NCBI GenBank assembly: GCA_963664405.1
Contig: OY761158.1
Location: forward strand, 5,056,001 to 5,120,000
DNA: 64,000 bases
Source: Thermoanaerobaculia bacterium
GTDB taxonomy: Bacteria; Acidobacteriota; Thermoanaerobaculia; Multivoradales; Multivoraceae
Reading direction: 5' to 3'
The notes below the pieces were generated by a model. It was not told where the DNA came from. It saw nothing but the letters and a program-made list of their open reading frames with translations, and searched no databases. A program made the position numbers and the translations under genes. Below, one piece after another: positions 17,467 through 27,201 of this stretch. Each line of letters opens with the position of its first letter. Within the stretch, counting starts at the first letter, position 1.

Positions 17467-17524
17467 GTCACACTTCGAGCTCCTAGTGACAATACCTAAT
17501 AAGCTCCACGTGACAATACCTAAT
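17467..17524 (+). promoter_or_regulatory. ECF-type promoter motif, copy 4, with duplicated 3' half
   Basis: GTCACACTT-CGAGCTCCTAGT-GACAAT-ACCTAAT followed by agctccacgt-GACAAT-ACCTAAT and an in-frame GTG. Confidence 0.78.
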
Positions 17525-20056
17525 GTGAATCGGATTCTTTCGGCTTTCTTTGCATCTCTATTGATTCTCTCCAGCGTCACCCTGGCCCAGTCGTTCGAGG
17601 CCGATGTTGCGGCCCTGGTCGAGGGAACCTGTTTCCGCTGTCATGATGCCGAGACCGAGACGCCGCTCGATCTCGAGAACCTCGGGTACGACCTCACAGA
17701 ACCAGCCGCCTTTCGCACTTGGGTGAGGGTCTTCGAGCGTCTCGAAGCGGGCGAGATGCCGCCTCGCGGGGTGAAGCGGCCCCCCCAGAGGCTGGTCGAT
17801 GCTGCGCTTGGTGCGCTGAAGGAGGATCTGCTGGCCGCTGATCTGGCCACTCGCGAAAGCGGACGCGTCGCTCTGCGCCGACTCACCCGTCGCGAGTACG
17901 AATACACCGTCGAGGACCTGCTCTTGATCGAAGCGGATCTGGCGAGCCTGCTACCCGCGGAAAGCGCCTCCGCTGGCTTCGACACCGTCGCTCTGGAACA
18001 GGGCATCTCCCCGATTCACGCACGCAGCTACCTCGAAGCGGCCGACCAAGCGCTCGATGCGGCGATACGGCTCGGTCGATCTCCGACGCGCGCACGTTGG
18101 AAGATCGACTACCCCAACTCGCCAAATGCGTACCGGAAGGTGCGCTCGAGTGTCAATAAGAGGCTGGACGACGCGGTGGTGATGTTCATCGATGAGAACC
18201 ACCGAAATACCAGCGGGAGCTCCTCCCCTCGTTTGATGGCAAGCGACGGCAACGGCGTTTCGATACCCCATCCCGGCCTGTATCGCGTAACGGTAGAAGC
18301 CTACCCCTACCAAGCAGAGACACCGGTGACGCTGCTGCTCTTTCGCGGGAATCGTAAAGCCGGCACCAGGCAAGCGCTCGGCGCCTTCGACCTGGTCGCG
18401 CCGCGTAGCCTCGAGCTCACCGCCTATCTCCGCCCTTCCGACCATCTCTACCCCGAAGTGGCCGACTTAGACTGGGTCACCGAGATCGACGATTTCTACG
18501 CCCCTATCGGAGACTGGTCAGAAGCGGCGAATCTCATTGTTGCAGGGGGGCCGAGGGGACCCAAGCGCCTGCTCAACAACCGGCTCCATCACCCGATGTT
18601 CTACAACCCCACCGGGGGTGCCTTGGCCGATTGGGCGCCGACCTACAAGGGAGAGGGCGTTGCGGTGAAGTCGCTCACGATCGACGGTCCACTGCTCGAA
18701 GCTTGGCCGCCGCCGTCCACACGACGGCTGTTCGGGGACATCGAGCTCGACGCAGAAGGCGACCTCGAGCTGACCAAGGATCCGTACGACCACGTGGTCG
18801 ACATCGTCTCGGGCTTGGCACCGATCGCCTTCCGCCGGCCGTTGGAAGAGGGGGAAGCAGAGGCCTTCGCCAGTTTGGCCAAGCCCGCGATCGCGCAAGG
18901 TCGAAGCTTTGTCGATGCGGTCCGCGTTCCGCTGCGTGCGATGCTGAGCGCACCGCAGTTCCTCTACCTCTCCGGCGAGATCGGCGGATTGGACGGCTTC
19001 GCCTTGGCGAGCCGTCTCTCCTACTTCCTGTGGAAGAGCATGCCCGACGAAGAGCTCTTCGCGGTGGCACGTAGAGGCACGCTCTCCGATCCCGAGGTAC
19101 TGGCAAACGAGGTCGAGCGCATGCTCGACGACCCGAAGTCGATGCGTTTCGTCAAGGATTTTGTCGGCCAGTGGCTGCGCCTCTACGAGCTCAATCTGAC
19201 CACGCCCGACGAGAGGCTCTACCCGGAGTACGACGACCTGCTGCATCACTCGATCCAGCAAGAGACCGAGCTCTTCTTCGCCGAGCTCATCGCCGGCGAT
19301 CTGGCGGCTCGGAATCTGATCGACTCCGATTTCACCTTCCTCAATCGCCGCCTCGCCGAGCACTACGGCATCCCCGGCGTTGTGGGACAGCAGATGCGCA
19401 AGGTTTCGCTGCCGGAAGACAGTCCGCGCGGCGGGCTACTGACCCAGGCCAGCATTCTCAAGATCACTGCCAACGGGACCACCACCTCGCCCGTATTCCG
19501 CGGCAATTTCGTGCTGTCGAACCTCCTCGGCCAGCCGCCCAATCCGCCGCCGGCCAACGCCGGCTCAGTCGAGCCCGACACCCGCGGAGCGACCACCATC
19601 CGCGAGATCCTCGCCAAGCATCGCGAGATCGAGACCTGCAACGTCTGCCACCGCGCGATCGACCCGCCGGGCTTCGCACTGGAGAGCTTCGATCCGATCG
19701 GCGGATACCGCAATCGATATCGCTCGACCGGGGAAGGCGATCCTCCCCACACAACTCTCTACGGGCGCCCGATCCTCGAATACCTGAACGGTCCGCCCGT
19801 CGATGCCGCCGGAACGACTCCGGAGGGGAAGACCTTTGCGGGAATCGAAGAGTACAAGCGACTCCTGCTCGAGCAGGAGGACCAAATCGCGCGCCACTTC
19901 CTCTCGCAGCTGATCGTCTACGCGACGGGTGCCGAGATCGGTTTCGCCGATCGCGACGAGGTAGCGCAGATGGCCGCGCACAGCCGGGAGAGCGGCTATC
20001 CGGTGCGGGCCATGATTCACCAGATCACGCAGAGCAGCCTTTTCAGGGAGAAGTAG
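17525..20056 (+). CDS. Planctomycete-type cytochrome c / DUF1587-DUF1595-DUF1592-DUF1588-DUF1585 multidomain protein
   Basis: CFRCH and CNVCH heme motifs; LRRLTRREY..T; ALASRLSYFLWKSMPD; RGGLLTQASIL; TSPVFRG. The upstream GTG at 17486 lies inside the promoter motif, so 17525 is preferred. Confidence 0.9.
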   Translation: MNRILSAFFASLLILSSVTLAQSFEADVAALVEGTCFRCHDAETETPLDLENLGYDLTEPAAFRTWVRVFERLEAGEMPPRGVKRPPQRLVDAALGALKEDLLAADLATRESGRVALRRLTRREYEYTVEDLLLIEADLASLLPAESASAGFDTVALEQGISPIHARSYLEAADQALDAAIRLGRSPTRARWKIDYPNSPNAYRKVRSSVNKRLDDAVVMFIDENHRNTSGSSSPRLMASDGNGVSIPHPGLYRVTVEAYPYQAETPVTLLLFRGNRKAGTRQALGAFDLVAPRSLELTAYLRPSDHLYPEVADLDWVTEIDDFYAPIGDWSEAANLIVAGGPRGPKRLLNNRLHHPMFYNPTGGALADWAPTYKGEGVAVKSLTIDGPLLEAWPPPSTRRLFGDIELDAEGDLELTKDPYDHVVDIVSGLAPIAFRRPLEEGEAEAFASLAKPAIAQGRSFVDAVRVPLRAMLSAPQFLYLSGEIGGLDGFALASRLSYFLWKSMPDEELFAVARRGTLSDPEVLANEVERMLDDPKSMRFVKDFVGQWLRLYELNLTTPDERLYPEYDDLLHHSIQQETELFFAELIAGDLAARNLIDSDFTFLNRRLAEHYGIPGVVGQQMRKVSLPEDSPRGGLLTQASILKITANGTTTSPVFRGNFVLSNLLGQPPNPPPANAGSVEPDTRGATTIREILAKHREIETCNVCHRAIDPPGFALESFDPIGGYRNRYRSTGEGDPPHTTLYGRPILEYLNGPPVDAAGTTPEGKTFAGIEEYKRLLLEQEDQIARHFLSQLIVYATGAEIGFADRDEVAQMAAHSRESGYPVRAMIHQITQSSLFREK

Positions 20057-20058
20057 CC

Positions 20059-21352
20059 ATGACCGACCCACTCGCGCCCCACCTCGATCGGCGCACCTTT
20101 CTGAGGGCCTCCGGAGTGGCACTGGCCCTTCCGCTGTTGGAGGTGATGAGCCCGGCGTTGGCGAAAGCCGCTGCCACCGCGCCCAAGCGGATGGTGATCA
20201 TCTGCAACGCGCTGGGACTGCACGCGCCGGCACTCTTCCCCACCAAGGCCGGCGCCGACTACGAGCTGACCGAGTACCTCGAGGTTCTCGAGGACCATCG
20301 GCGCGACTACACCCTGTTCTCGGGTCTCTCTCATGAGGGTCAGACCGGCCGTCAGGCCCACAGCTCGGAGATCACCTGGCTGACCGCCGCGCGCCATCCC
20401 CAGCTCGCCGGCTTTCGCAACACCATCTCGCTCGATCAGTTTGCCGCGGACAAGCTCGGCTACGTCACTCGCTTTCCATCGGTGATCCTGGGCACCAACA
20501 CCACCGATCAGGGCGCCAAGGGCTCGTCGAGCCAGTCGTTCACGAGTCGGGGCGTCATGGTGCCGTCCGAGGCCAGTCCAGCGGAGGTCTTCGCCAAAAT
20601 GTTCCTGCAAGGCAACGCCGCCGAGGTCGCGCAACAGAAACGGAATCTAGGTGACGGGCGAAGCATTCTGGATGGCTTGATGGTCCAGACCCAATCCCTC
20701 AATCGGCGCGCGAGCGCAGCCGACAGGCAACGCTTGGACGCCTATTTCGAGGCCATTCGCACGGCCGAACGGGACCTCGGAGAAGCTCAGGCCTGGCTCG
20801 ATACGCCGAAACCTGCGGTGGACTGCGAGCCGCCGGCTGACATCCAGGATCGCAGTGATCTCATCGGCCGCATCAACCTGCTGATGAACCTGATACCCCC
20901 TCATCATCCAAACCGACTCCTCTCGTGTCGTCACGGTGATGATTCAGGAGCTGCGAGAAGTGCCCAAGGTCCCGGGAGTTTCCGGCACCCATCACAACCT
21001 GTCGCACCACGGTCAAGATCCAGACAAGATCGTCCAATTGAAGAAAGTAGAGACAGAGATCGTCAAGTGCTTTGGCAGTCTCTTGACGCAGATGAAAGGG
21101 ACAAGTGAGGGGGAGGGCACACTGCTCGATAGCACAGCACTTCTCTTCGGCAGCAACCTCAGCAACGCCAACTCGCACGATACGCGAAACCTGCCGATCT
21201 TCCTGGCGGGTGGTGGCTACCAGCACGGTCGCTATGTCGCACATGACAGTGACGACAACACGCCGCTGAGCAATCTCTTCGTCACCATGCTGCAGCACAT
21301 GGGGATTGAAACCGAGTCGTTTGGGCAGAGCAACGGCGCGCTGAGCTTGTAG
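20059..21352 (+). CDS. DUF1552 (HXXSHH) family Tat-exported protein, +1 frameshift near 20895
   Basis: MTDPLAPHLDRRTFLRASGVALALPLLE; HHNLSHH; NLPIFLAGG; PLSNLFVTML. The frame change at ataccccctcatc (C5 run) joins the two ORF pieces. Confidence 0.85.
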
Positions 21353-21408
21353 AGAGCCGCGGAGATCCCAGGGTCTTCACTCTTGCCGATTAGCCCTGCA
21401 CCTTGCTC

Positions 21409-21920
21409 TCATCCGTCAGCCTCGCCTATGAACCATGGGCTCGACCATGCCCGGCCGCCGTCGATCTGGCTCACGCGCACGTAGTAGTAGTCACCGGCGG
21501 ACGGAGGGTCGAGGTCACGGAGCTCGAGCACCTGATCGAGGGAGGCGTCGGGCCTCACTACCTGGAGGCTGACGCGGTCGGTGTAGCGACCGCTCTCGAT
21601 GGTGTGCTCCAGCCGGCCGGCTTCGATGGCGGCGAAGCCTAGAACGAAGTCGCTGCGAGCCTCGGCACCCCGGCCCCCAGCGGCCCTAGGCCAGGAAGGT
21701 AACGAAGCGACCTTCCTCGTTGTACTGGCTCGACAACTCTTGCATCAGGCGCCACTCGTAGTCATCGAGGTAGTTGTCGTGCTCCGAGTAGCCCAGAAAA
21801 TCGAGCCGCGCGTCCTCGGTGGCGTAGCGAAAGACCTCCTCGGCCGAGCCCTGGCCTTCCGCAAACCCGCTATGGACGTGGGTCTCGCCGAAGTAGATGC
21901 GCGGGTCCGGATCGCGCTCG
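21409..21920 (-). pseudogene. Internally deleted, 5'-truncated duplicate of the DUF3604-like gene at 27202-29784
   Basis: 21409-21687 matches 27202-27480 and 21687-21920 matches 28436-28669, i.e. a 956-bp internal deletion. Confidence 0.9.
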
Positions 21921-21938
21921 GAGCGAATGCGAGGATGA

Positions 21939-21986
21939 TGGTGGAGCCGAAGGGAATCGAACCCTCGACCGCTTGAATGCCATTCA
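21939..21986 (-). repeat. att-like repeat: 3' half of tRNA-Ala(GGC), copy 1
   Basis: Minus strand TGAATGGCATTCAAGCGGTCGAGGGTTCGATTCCCTTCGGCTCCACCA: anticodon arm, T-arm and CCA, but no 5' half. Confidence 0.9.
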
Positions 21987-22069
21987 GGGGGTGGCAGTTT
22001 GCTGGTGTCTGCTGCAGTTTGTTTCCCTTAGGGTTCTACAGCCATTTCTTTTAGTTCTGTTTGCTGGGG

Positions 22070-22430
22070 TGAGGTGGCTCTCGATGTCTCGTCCAGGGAA
22101 CACCCATCTAGTTGTCGTTGGGAGGGCCCGGAGAACCCCGATCGCCTCAGCTGGGAGCTGGCGATGCTCTTCCCGCGCGGTCTTCGTCATCAGCAGTTTC
22201 GCTTTGCCTCGTTCGAGATCGAGATTCGCCCACTCAAGGCGCAGCACCTCGCCGATGCGCCACCCTGTCCAGAAGGCGACTCGGATTGCGGCGCACGCCA
22301 CTGAGTTCGTGTCAGTTGTCTCTTCCAGATCGATGGCTTCGAGAAGCTTTGCCATCTGCTCGGGAGAGAGCATCACTTCTTTCCTCTCGCCGCGACGCTC
22401 CTCGGGATAGCGGTCGCACCCGACGCGCTA
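22070..22430 (-). pseudogene. Tyrosine recombinase/integrase internal fragment
   Basis: LSPEQMAKLLEAID...AIRVAFWTGWRIGEVLRLEWANLDLE...TKT...LP..AI.VL...WVFPG. It has the first catalytic Arg box but lacks the N-terminus and the HxxR/Tyr boxes. Confidence 0.85.
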
Positions 22431-22452
22431 AAGCGCGCGGCTGATGAGCGCG

Positions 22453-22800
22453 CGGAGGCGATGCGCATGGCGGTTGAGGCAACGAGGGAAGGAGAGCGCT
22501 CCTGACAGCACCAGAGCACTTAGCCACCCCGACATCGGTCTGCTGAAAGAACGGCGACATGGCGCCCAAACTCTGCGCCGTGGGCCGACCTGCACCAGCG
22601 ATTCTGGCGCTCACGAGACATCGCCCGGAGGCGATGCGCATGGCGGTTGAGGCAAGAGGAAGAGAGGAGAGCGCTCCTGACAGCACCAGAGCACTTAGCC
22701 ACCCCGACATCGGTCTGCGAAAGAACGGCGACATGGCGCCCAAAACTCTGCGCCGTGGGCCCGCTGCACCAGCGATTCTGGCGCTCACGAGACATCGCCC
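22453..22800. repeat. Tandem duplication of a ~174-bp unit (2 copies)
   Basis: cggaggcgatgcgcatggcggttgaggcaa...cacgagacatcgccc at 22453-22625 and 22626-22800, with small indels. Confidence 0.9.
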
Positions 22801-22816
22801 GCCGGCTCGGATCAGG

Positions 22817-23041
22817 TCAGCTCTGCGAAAGGCTCAGGCTCGATACGGGCAGAGCTTCGGCCTCGAGCCGTTCGAGGTCCGCGACTCGGCTCGCGTGATC
22901 GATGTCGATTCCTACCAGTTTGCCGTCCTCGTCGAAATCGAGGTTGACCCCTGGCGCGGCCTCCCGCACCTCCGCACCCGGACGACCAGCGAGATCGATA
23001 TATAGAGAGTCGGTCTCGGGGTAGTAGTGGAATCTCATCAT
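22817..23041 (-). CDS. DUF2283-family putative antitoxin
   Basis: MRFHYYPETDSLYIDL...EAAPGVNLDFDEDGKLVGIDIDHAS. Confidence 0.88.
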   Translation of the reverse strand: MMRFHYYPETDSLYIDLAGRPGAEVREAAPGVNLDFDEDGKLVGIDIDHASRVADLERLEAEALPVSSLSLSQS

Positions 23042-23274
23042 CAGTCCTCTCGAAATCCTCGATCGAAGAAAGCGTTGTGAACGGTTTCGCCGTCTTCCAA
23101 AGTCACGACCCGGAGATACTTGCCCTCATCGGGCACCAGAGCCCAGTATCTTACCCTACCGTCCGGTTGGGCTTCCCGACGCAAAGGATCTGAGAGAACA
23201 GCCTCGCACCACTCGCGCCGGAGATAGCGTCGTTTTCGGAGCACCTGTTCTTCGAAGTAGCGAGTGGTCTTCAC
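23041..23274 (-). CDS. Small RelE/BrnT-like putative toxin paired with DUF2283
   Basis: VKTTRYFEEQVLRKR.YL..EWC...P.RREAQPDGRVRYW...YLRVVTLEDGETVHNAFFDRGF; coupled to the DUF2283 gene. Confidence 0.72.
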   Translation of the reverse strand: MKTTRYFEEQVLRKRRYLRREWCEAVLSDPLRREAQPDGRVRYWALVPDEGKYLRVVTLEDGETVHNAFFDRGFRED

Positions 23275-23498
23275 GCGAAAGGTCCTTCCGCTCCCAGTCA
23301 TTCTTCCACGAAGCCGTGCATCGCCTTCGCCAGGGAGCACGCCCTTCGCGACGAGTCTGTGTACCATCGTGTTCGAGTGCTTATCGATCATGACCTTTCT
23401 CGGTGCACCAAGTACGATCAACTAGTTCGATCATGTCTGGCCCTCGCAGGTCCCTGGCTGGCAGGGACCGAAAAGGCTGACTAGGGAACGATGACCGC

Positions 23499-25952
23499 AT
23501 GGGCAACGACTCCCGCGAGAACACTCTCCGCGAACGGATCGCCGAGGAAGAAAAGCATCTCGAGGAGCTCGACGGAGAGCGGCAGAACGCTCTGTCCCGG
23601 ATCCACAAGCTTCGCGAACAGCTCAATGGGAGGGTTGCTGGAACCGAAGTGGAGATCCTCGCGCAGCCCAACCTTTCGCAAGGTCTAACTTCTTCTCAGA
23701 AGCTCACTCTCTTTGGCCATCGGTTTCGCGGCCGCCAGGACGTGTTCGCCAAGCGATGGCCGAACAGCCGAACGGGGCGCAGCGGCTATGCTCCCGCTTG
23801 TGCCAACGACTGGGTGACGGGAATCTGTGAGAAGCCGCGCATCAGGTGCGGCGAGTGCCCCAATCAGGCCTTCCTGCTGGTCACCGATCAGGTGCTTCGG
23901 GATCATCTCTTCGATCGATATGTCGTGGGCGTCTACCCGCTTCTCCTCGACGAGACATGCTGGTTCCTAGCCGTCGACTTTGATGGCGAAGCCTGGCAGG
24001 AAGACGTTACAGCGTTCGTAGAGACGTGTCGCGGGTTCGAACTGGCTCCCTCCGTCGAGCGATCGAGGTCCGGTCGAGGAGCCCACGTCTGGTTCTTCTT
24101 CGCCGAGACGGTAGCTTCTACCGTGGCACGAAACCTCGGCTGCTGCCTCATAACGGAGACAATGTCGAGGCGGCACCAGCTGCCGATGACCTCATACGAC
24201 CGGCTCTTTCCCAGCCAGAACATTCTGCCGAAGGGAGGCTTCGGGAACCTGATCGCGCTGCCCTTCCAGGGTGACCCCCGCCAGGCCGGCAACACTCTGT
24301 TCCTCGATGAACACCTCAAACCCTGGAACGACCAGTGGGGGTACTTGGCGTCGACACCACGGATCGAGCTGAGCAGCGTCGACCGGATCGTGGGCGACGT
24401 TCAGGGCAGGGGAGGAATCCTCGGGGTTGCCAACGAGGAGGAGCTCGACGAGGAGATCACCCGGCCTTGGAAGCAGCGCCCGTCGCGACGGAGGACAGAG
24501 TCGAGGATCGCGGGCCCGCTCCCCAAACGAGTGCAGGCGGTCCTCGCACAAAGGCTGTTCGTCGAGACGGCTGGACTTCCATCGCCGCTCGTCAATCGAA
24601 TCAAGCGGCTCGCCGCATTTCAGAATCCGGTGTTCTATAAGAAACAGAGCCTTCGCCTATCTACGGCGTTGACTCCCCGGATCGTCTGCTGTGCTGAAGG
24701 GCTTCCGAAGTACGTGTCTCTTCCGAGAGGGTGTCAAACGGGCCTCGAGGAGCTACTCGAAGACCACGGAGTGGGACTAGCAATCCGCGATGAACGAGTC
24801 GCCTCGGAAGGGCCGGAGCTGTCCTTCGAAGGCGAGCTTACGCCGCTGCAAGCCGTAGCAGCCAAGGCGGTCCTCGACAGTGACACCGGGGTGCTCGTGG
24901 CCCCGCCTGGGATGGGGAAGACGGTGGTCGGCGCATACCTCATCGCCCAGCGCCGACTGCGAACGTTGGTGCTGGTCCATCGCCAACCACTCGCCGAGCA
25001 GTGGCGGGCACAGCTGGCTCTCTTCCTCGGAATCAAGGAGAAACAGATCGGGCAGATCGGAGCGGGCCGGAGCAAACCGAATGGTTGCCTCGACATCGCC
25101 ATGTTCCAAAGCCTCGTTCGCAAAGACTCCGTTCGAGATCTCGTTGCCGACTACGGTCACGTAATCGTCGATGAGTGTCACCACGTCCCAGCAGTTTCGT
25201 TCGAGCGAGTGCTCAACGAGGTGAAGGCGCGCTACATCGTGGGCCTGACGGCGACGCCAAGCCGACGGGACGGCCAACATCCCATCACTCGAATGCAATG
25301 CGGACCGGTTCGATACACAGTGAACCAGCGAGACCAGGCAAACCAACGCCGTTTCGAGCATCGGCTCCGAATCCGCAAAACCCTCTTTGGCTTCGAGGAA
25401 TCGGTCATTGAGGCCGGCATTCAGGCCGTCTACGGGAGGATGACCGTGGATGAGAACCGGAACCGTCTGATTCTCGACGACGTACTGCTGGCGCTGGAGG
25501 CCCGCCGGTCACCAATCGTTCTGACCGAGCGCAGGGACCACCTTGATTTCCTGGCTGCAGAGCTCGACGGATTCGTCCGGAATCTCGTCGTTCTTCGTGG
25601 AGGCATGAGCGCCAAAGAGAGACAGGAGGCGATGCGGTTGCTCAAGGAGCTCGATGACGGGGAGGAGAGGCTCGTCTTGGCCACTGGGCGCTATGTCGGA
25701 GAGGGCTTTGACCATTCACGCCTCGACACCCTCTTCTTGACCATGCCGGTGTCGTGGAAAGGCACCCTCACACAGTACGTGGGCCGGCTCCACCGACACC
25801 ACGCCGGCAAGTTACGAGTCGTGGTCTACGACTACGTCGACACCAGGGTGCCGATGCTAGCTCGCATGTTCGACAGGAGACTTCGGACCTATCGAGCCCT
25901 CGGCTACAAGATCGACGAGCATGTCGCCCAGCGGGGGCTTGTCCTGCCCTGA
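23499..25952 (+). CDS. Archaeo-eukaryotic primase-like (TOTE-type) domain fused to SF2 DEAD/DEAH helicase
   Basis: FRGRQDVFAKRW...GYAPAC; GVYPLL.DETCWFLAVDFD; ERSRSGRGAHVWFFF; GFGNLIALP; APPGMGKT; DECHH; GLTATP; QYVGRLHR. Confidence 0.88.
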   Translation: MGNDSRENTLRERIAEEEKHLEELDGERQNALSRIHKLREQLNGRVAGTEVEILAQPNLSQGLTSSQKLTLFGHRFRGRQDVFAKRWPNSRTGRSGYAPACANDWVTGICEKPRIRCGECPNQAFLLVTDQVLRDHLFDRYVVGVYPLLLDETCWFLAVDFDGEAWQEDVTAFVETCRGFELAPSVERSRSGRGAHVWFFFAETVASTVARNLGCCLITETMSRRHQLPMTSYDRLFPSQNILPKGGFGNLIALPFQGDPRQAGNTLFLDEHLKPWNDQWGYLASTPRIELSSVDRIVGDVQGRGGILGVANEEELDEEITRPWKQRPSRRRTESRIAGPLPKRVQAVLAQRLFVETAGLPSPLVNRIKRLAAFQNPVFYKKQSLRLSTALTPRIVCCAEGLPKYVSLPRGCQTGLEELLEDHGVGLAIRDERVASEGPELSFEGELTPLQAVAAKAVLDSDTGVLVAPPGMGKTVVGAYLIAQRRLRTLVLVHRQPLAEQWRAQLALFLGIKEKQIGQIGAGRSKPNGCLDIAMFQSLVRKDSVRDLVADYGHVIVDECHHVPAVSFERVLNEVKARYIVGLTATPSRRDGQHPITRMQCGPVRYTVNQRDQANQRRFEHRLRIRKTLFGFEESVIEAGIQAVYGRMTVDENRNRLILDDVLLALEARRSPIVLTERRDHLDFLAAELDGFVRNLVVLRGGMSAKERQEAMRLLKELDDGEERLVLATGRYVGEGFDHSRLDTLFLTMPVSWKGTLTQYVGRLHRHHAGKLRVVVYDYVDTRVPMLARMFDRRLRTYRALGYKIDEHVAQRGLVLP

Positions 25953-26081
25953 CGAAACTGACCGCTTGTCAAGACACCGCTCAAGTTCTTCGCATGAGCA
26001 ACTGATGGGAGTCGGCCGGCCGCCAGCGCCAGGGATTCTTGTAGGCAACCTCGAGTCCACCAACCCAAAAGGATTGAGAAT

Positions 26082-26129
26082 TGGTGGAGCCGAAGGGAAT
26101 CGAACCCTCGACCTCTTGAATGCCATTCA
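26082..26129 (-). repeat. att-like repeat: 3' half of tRNA-Ala(GGC), copy 2
   Basis: Minus strand TGAATGGCATTCAAGAGGTCGAGGGTTCGATTCCCTTCGGCTCCACCA; upstream sequence does not form a D-arm or acceptor 5' strand. Confidence 0.9.
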
Positions 26130-26208
26130 TAGGGCGCCGGTTTGGCGGAGTTTGCTGTGGTTTGCGATGCAGCAAGAAGGCCGAGGTGCAGGGTTATTCG
26201 GCAAGAGC

Positions 26209-27086
26209 TCATGGAGTGAGCGCGAAACAGTAGATACCGCCATAGCCGTCTCCGAATCCCACTGAAGGGACGGTCTTGTCGGAGAAGTTCGGGGTGACAG
26301 CGCCACCCGGCGCACAGCCGACAGCAGTGAAGCGAGACAGCCAGGGATCCTCTTTTCCAGCACGCGACCACGACAAGCCACCGTGGGGTCGTCCGGAGGA
26401 GCCGAATGACACGCGTGTGCGGGTCTGTCTTATTTCTATCCCTCCAGGGTAGGAACCGTCGGCGGTGGTCCAATCGCTACAGGTGGAGGACAGGGGATCC
26501 CCACCCCCATCCGGTTCCAGGTCGGGGTACAGCTCTCCCTTCTCGGTGGACCCGGTCAAGGTGTGGTGATTTGCCTGCTGCGGCTGGTTGGGGTCCGGCT
26601 GGTGGTTCGGGACACCATCCTCGTTGGGGAGGTCGTTTCTTATCGCCGGGTCTGCGTTGGGTCGGACATCCGCCACCAGGTCCGCCTTTGTCTGAGACAC
26701 CAGTCTGCCGAGTCGGTCGTACCACGGACCCTCGCCGATCCGATCGATCGCATTCACCGACTTGCCATTCTCGTCGGCGTGGGCACTGAGGAACGCGCGC
26801 CATTGCTTGGCAGACGAGCCCGGCATGCTTCGCTCGGCAATGGTGGCGCAGATCTTGTCGGCTCCGCGCAGACCGGCCCCCGGACCCGCCTCACCGAAGC
26901 GAAGATCGGCGCCGAAGCCATCGGATTGCCCGATAGTTCCTGAATCGCTTTGAGGCTGGTCACAAAGAAGCTGAAATGAGGAAGGGAGTCCGCATCCCTC
27001 TCGGCTCCAGCTACGGGCGCACCCACCAGGACTATCGAAGCGGTCAAAACGGACCAGAGCATGGCTCCTGCACTACGATTCGTCAT
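26209..27086 (-). CDS. Secreted endostatin-like protein, paralog 3, -1 frameshift near 26925
   Basis: N-terminus MTNRSAGAMLWSV...FSFFVTSLKAIQELSGNP parallels 5090-5974. One missing base in ggcaatccgatggc shifts into the 26209-26826 frame. Confidence 0.8.
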
Positions 27087-27152
27087 CGGTTCTCCTTATG
27101 GGCAACTCTGCCATGGATCGAGGGACAGAGAATCTCCTCCGCCGAGCTGACA

Positions 27153-27186
27153 TAAGAGAATTGTCGCCGCTCGGCCCAAGTGTGAC
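27153..27186 (-). promoter_or_regulatory. ECF-type promoter motif, copy 5
   Basis: Minus strand GTCACACTT-GGGCCGAGCGGC-GACAAT-TCTCTT; homologous to the 6040-6072 region. Confidence 0.75.
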
Positions 27187-27201
27187 GGCGTCCGAGCGGC
27201 G

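Larger units (their letters stand above)
21939..26129. mobile_element. Decayed tRNA-Ala-targeting integrative element (~4.2 kb)
   Basis: Bounded by 48-bp direct repeats with one mismatch; contains a tyrosine integrase remnant, a TA pair and a primase-helicase gene. Confidence 0.8.

Noticed and set aside
21939-26129. Functional tRNA-Ala genes
   Set aside because: Both copies lack the 5' acceptor strand and D-arm, so they are reported as att-like repeats.
5090-27086. Diversity-generating retroelement acting on the lectin-like paralogs
   Set aside because: No reverse transcriptase, and differences are indels and general substitutions rather than adenine-specific changes.
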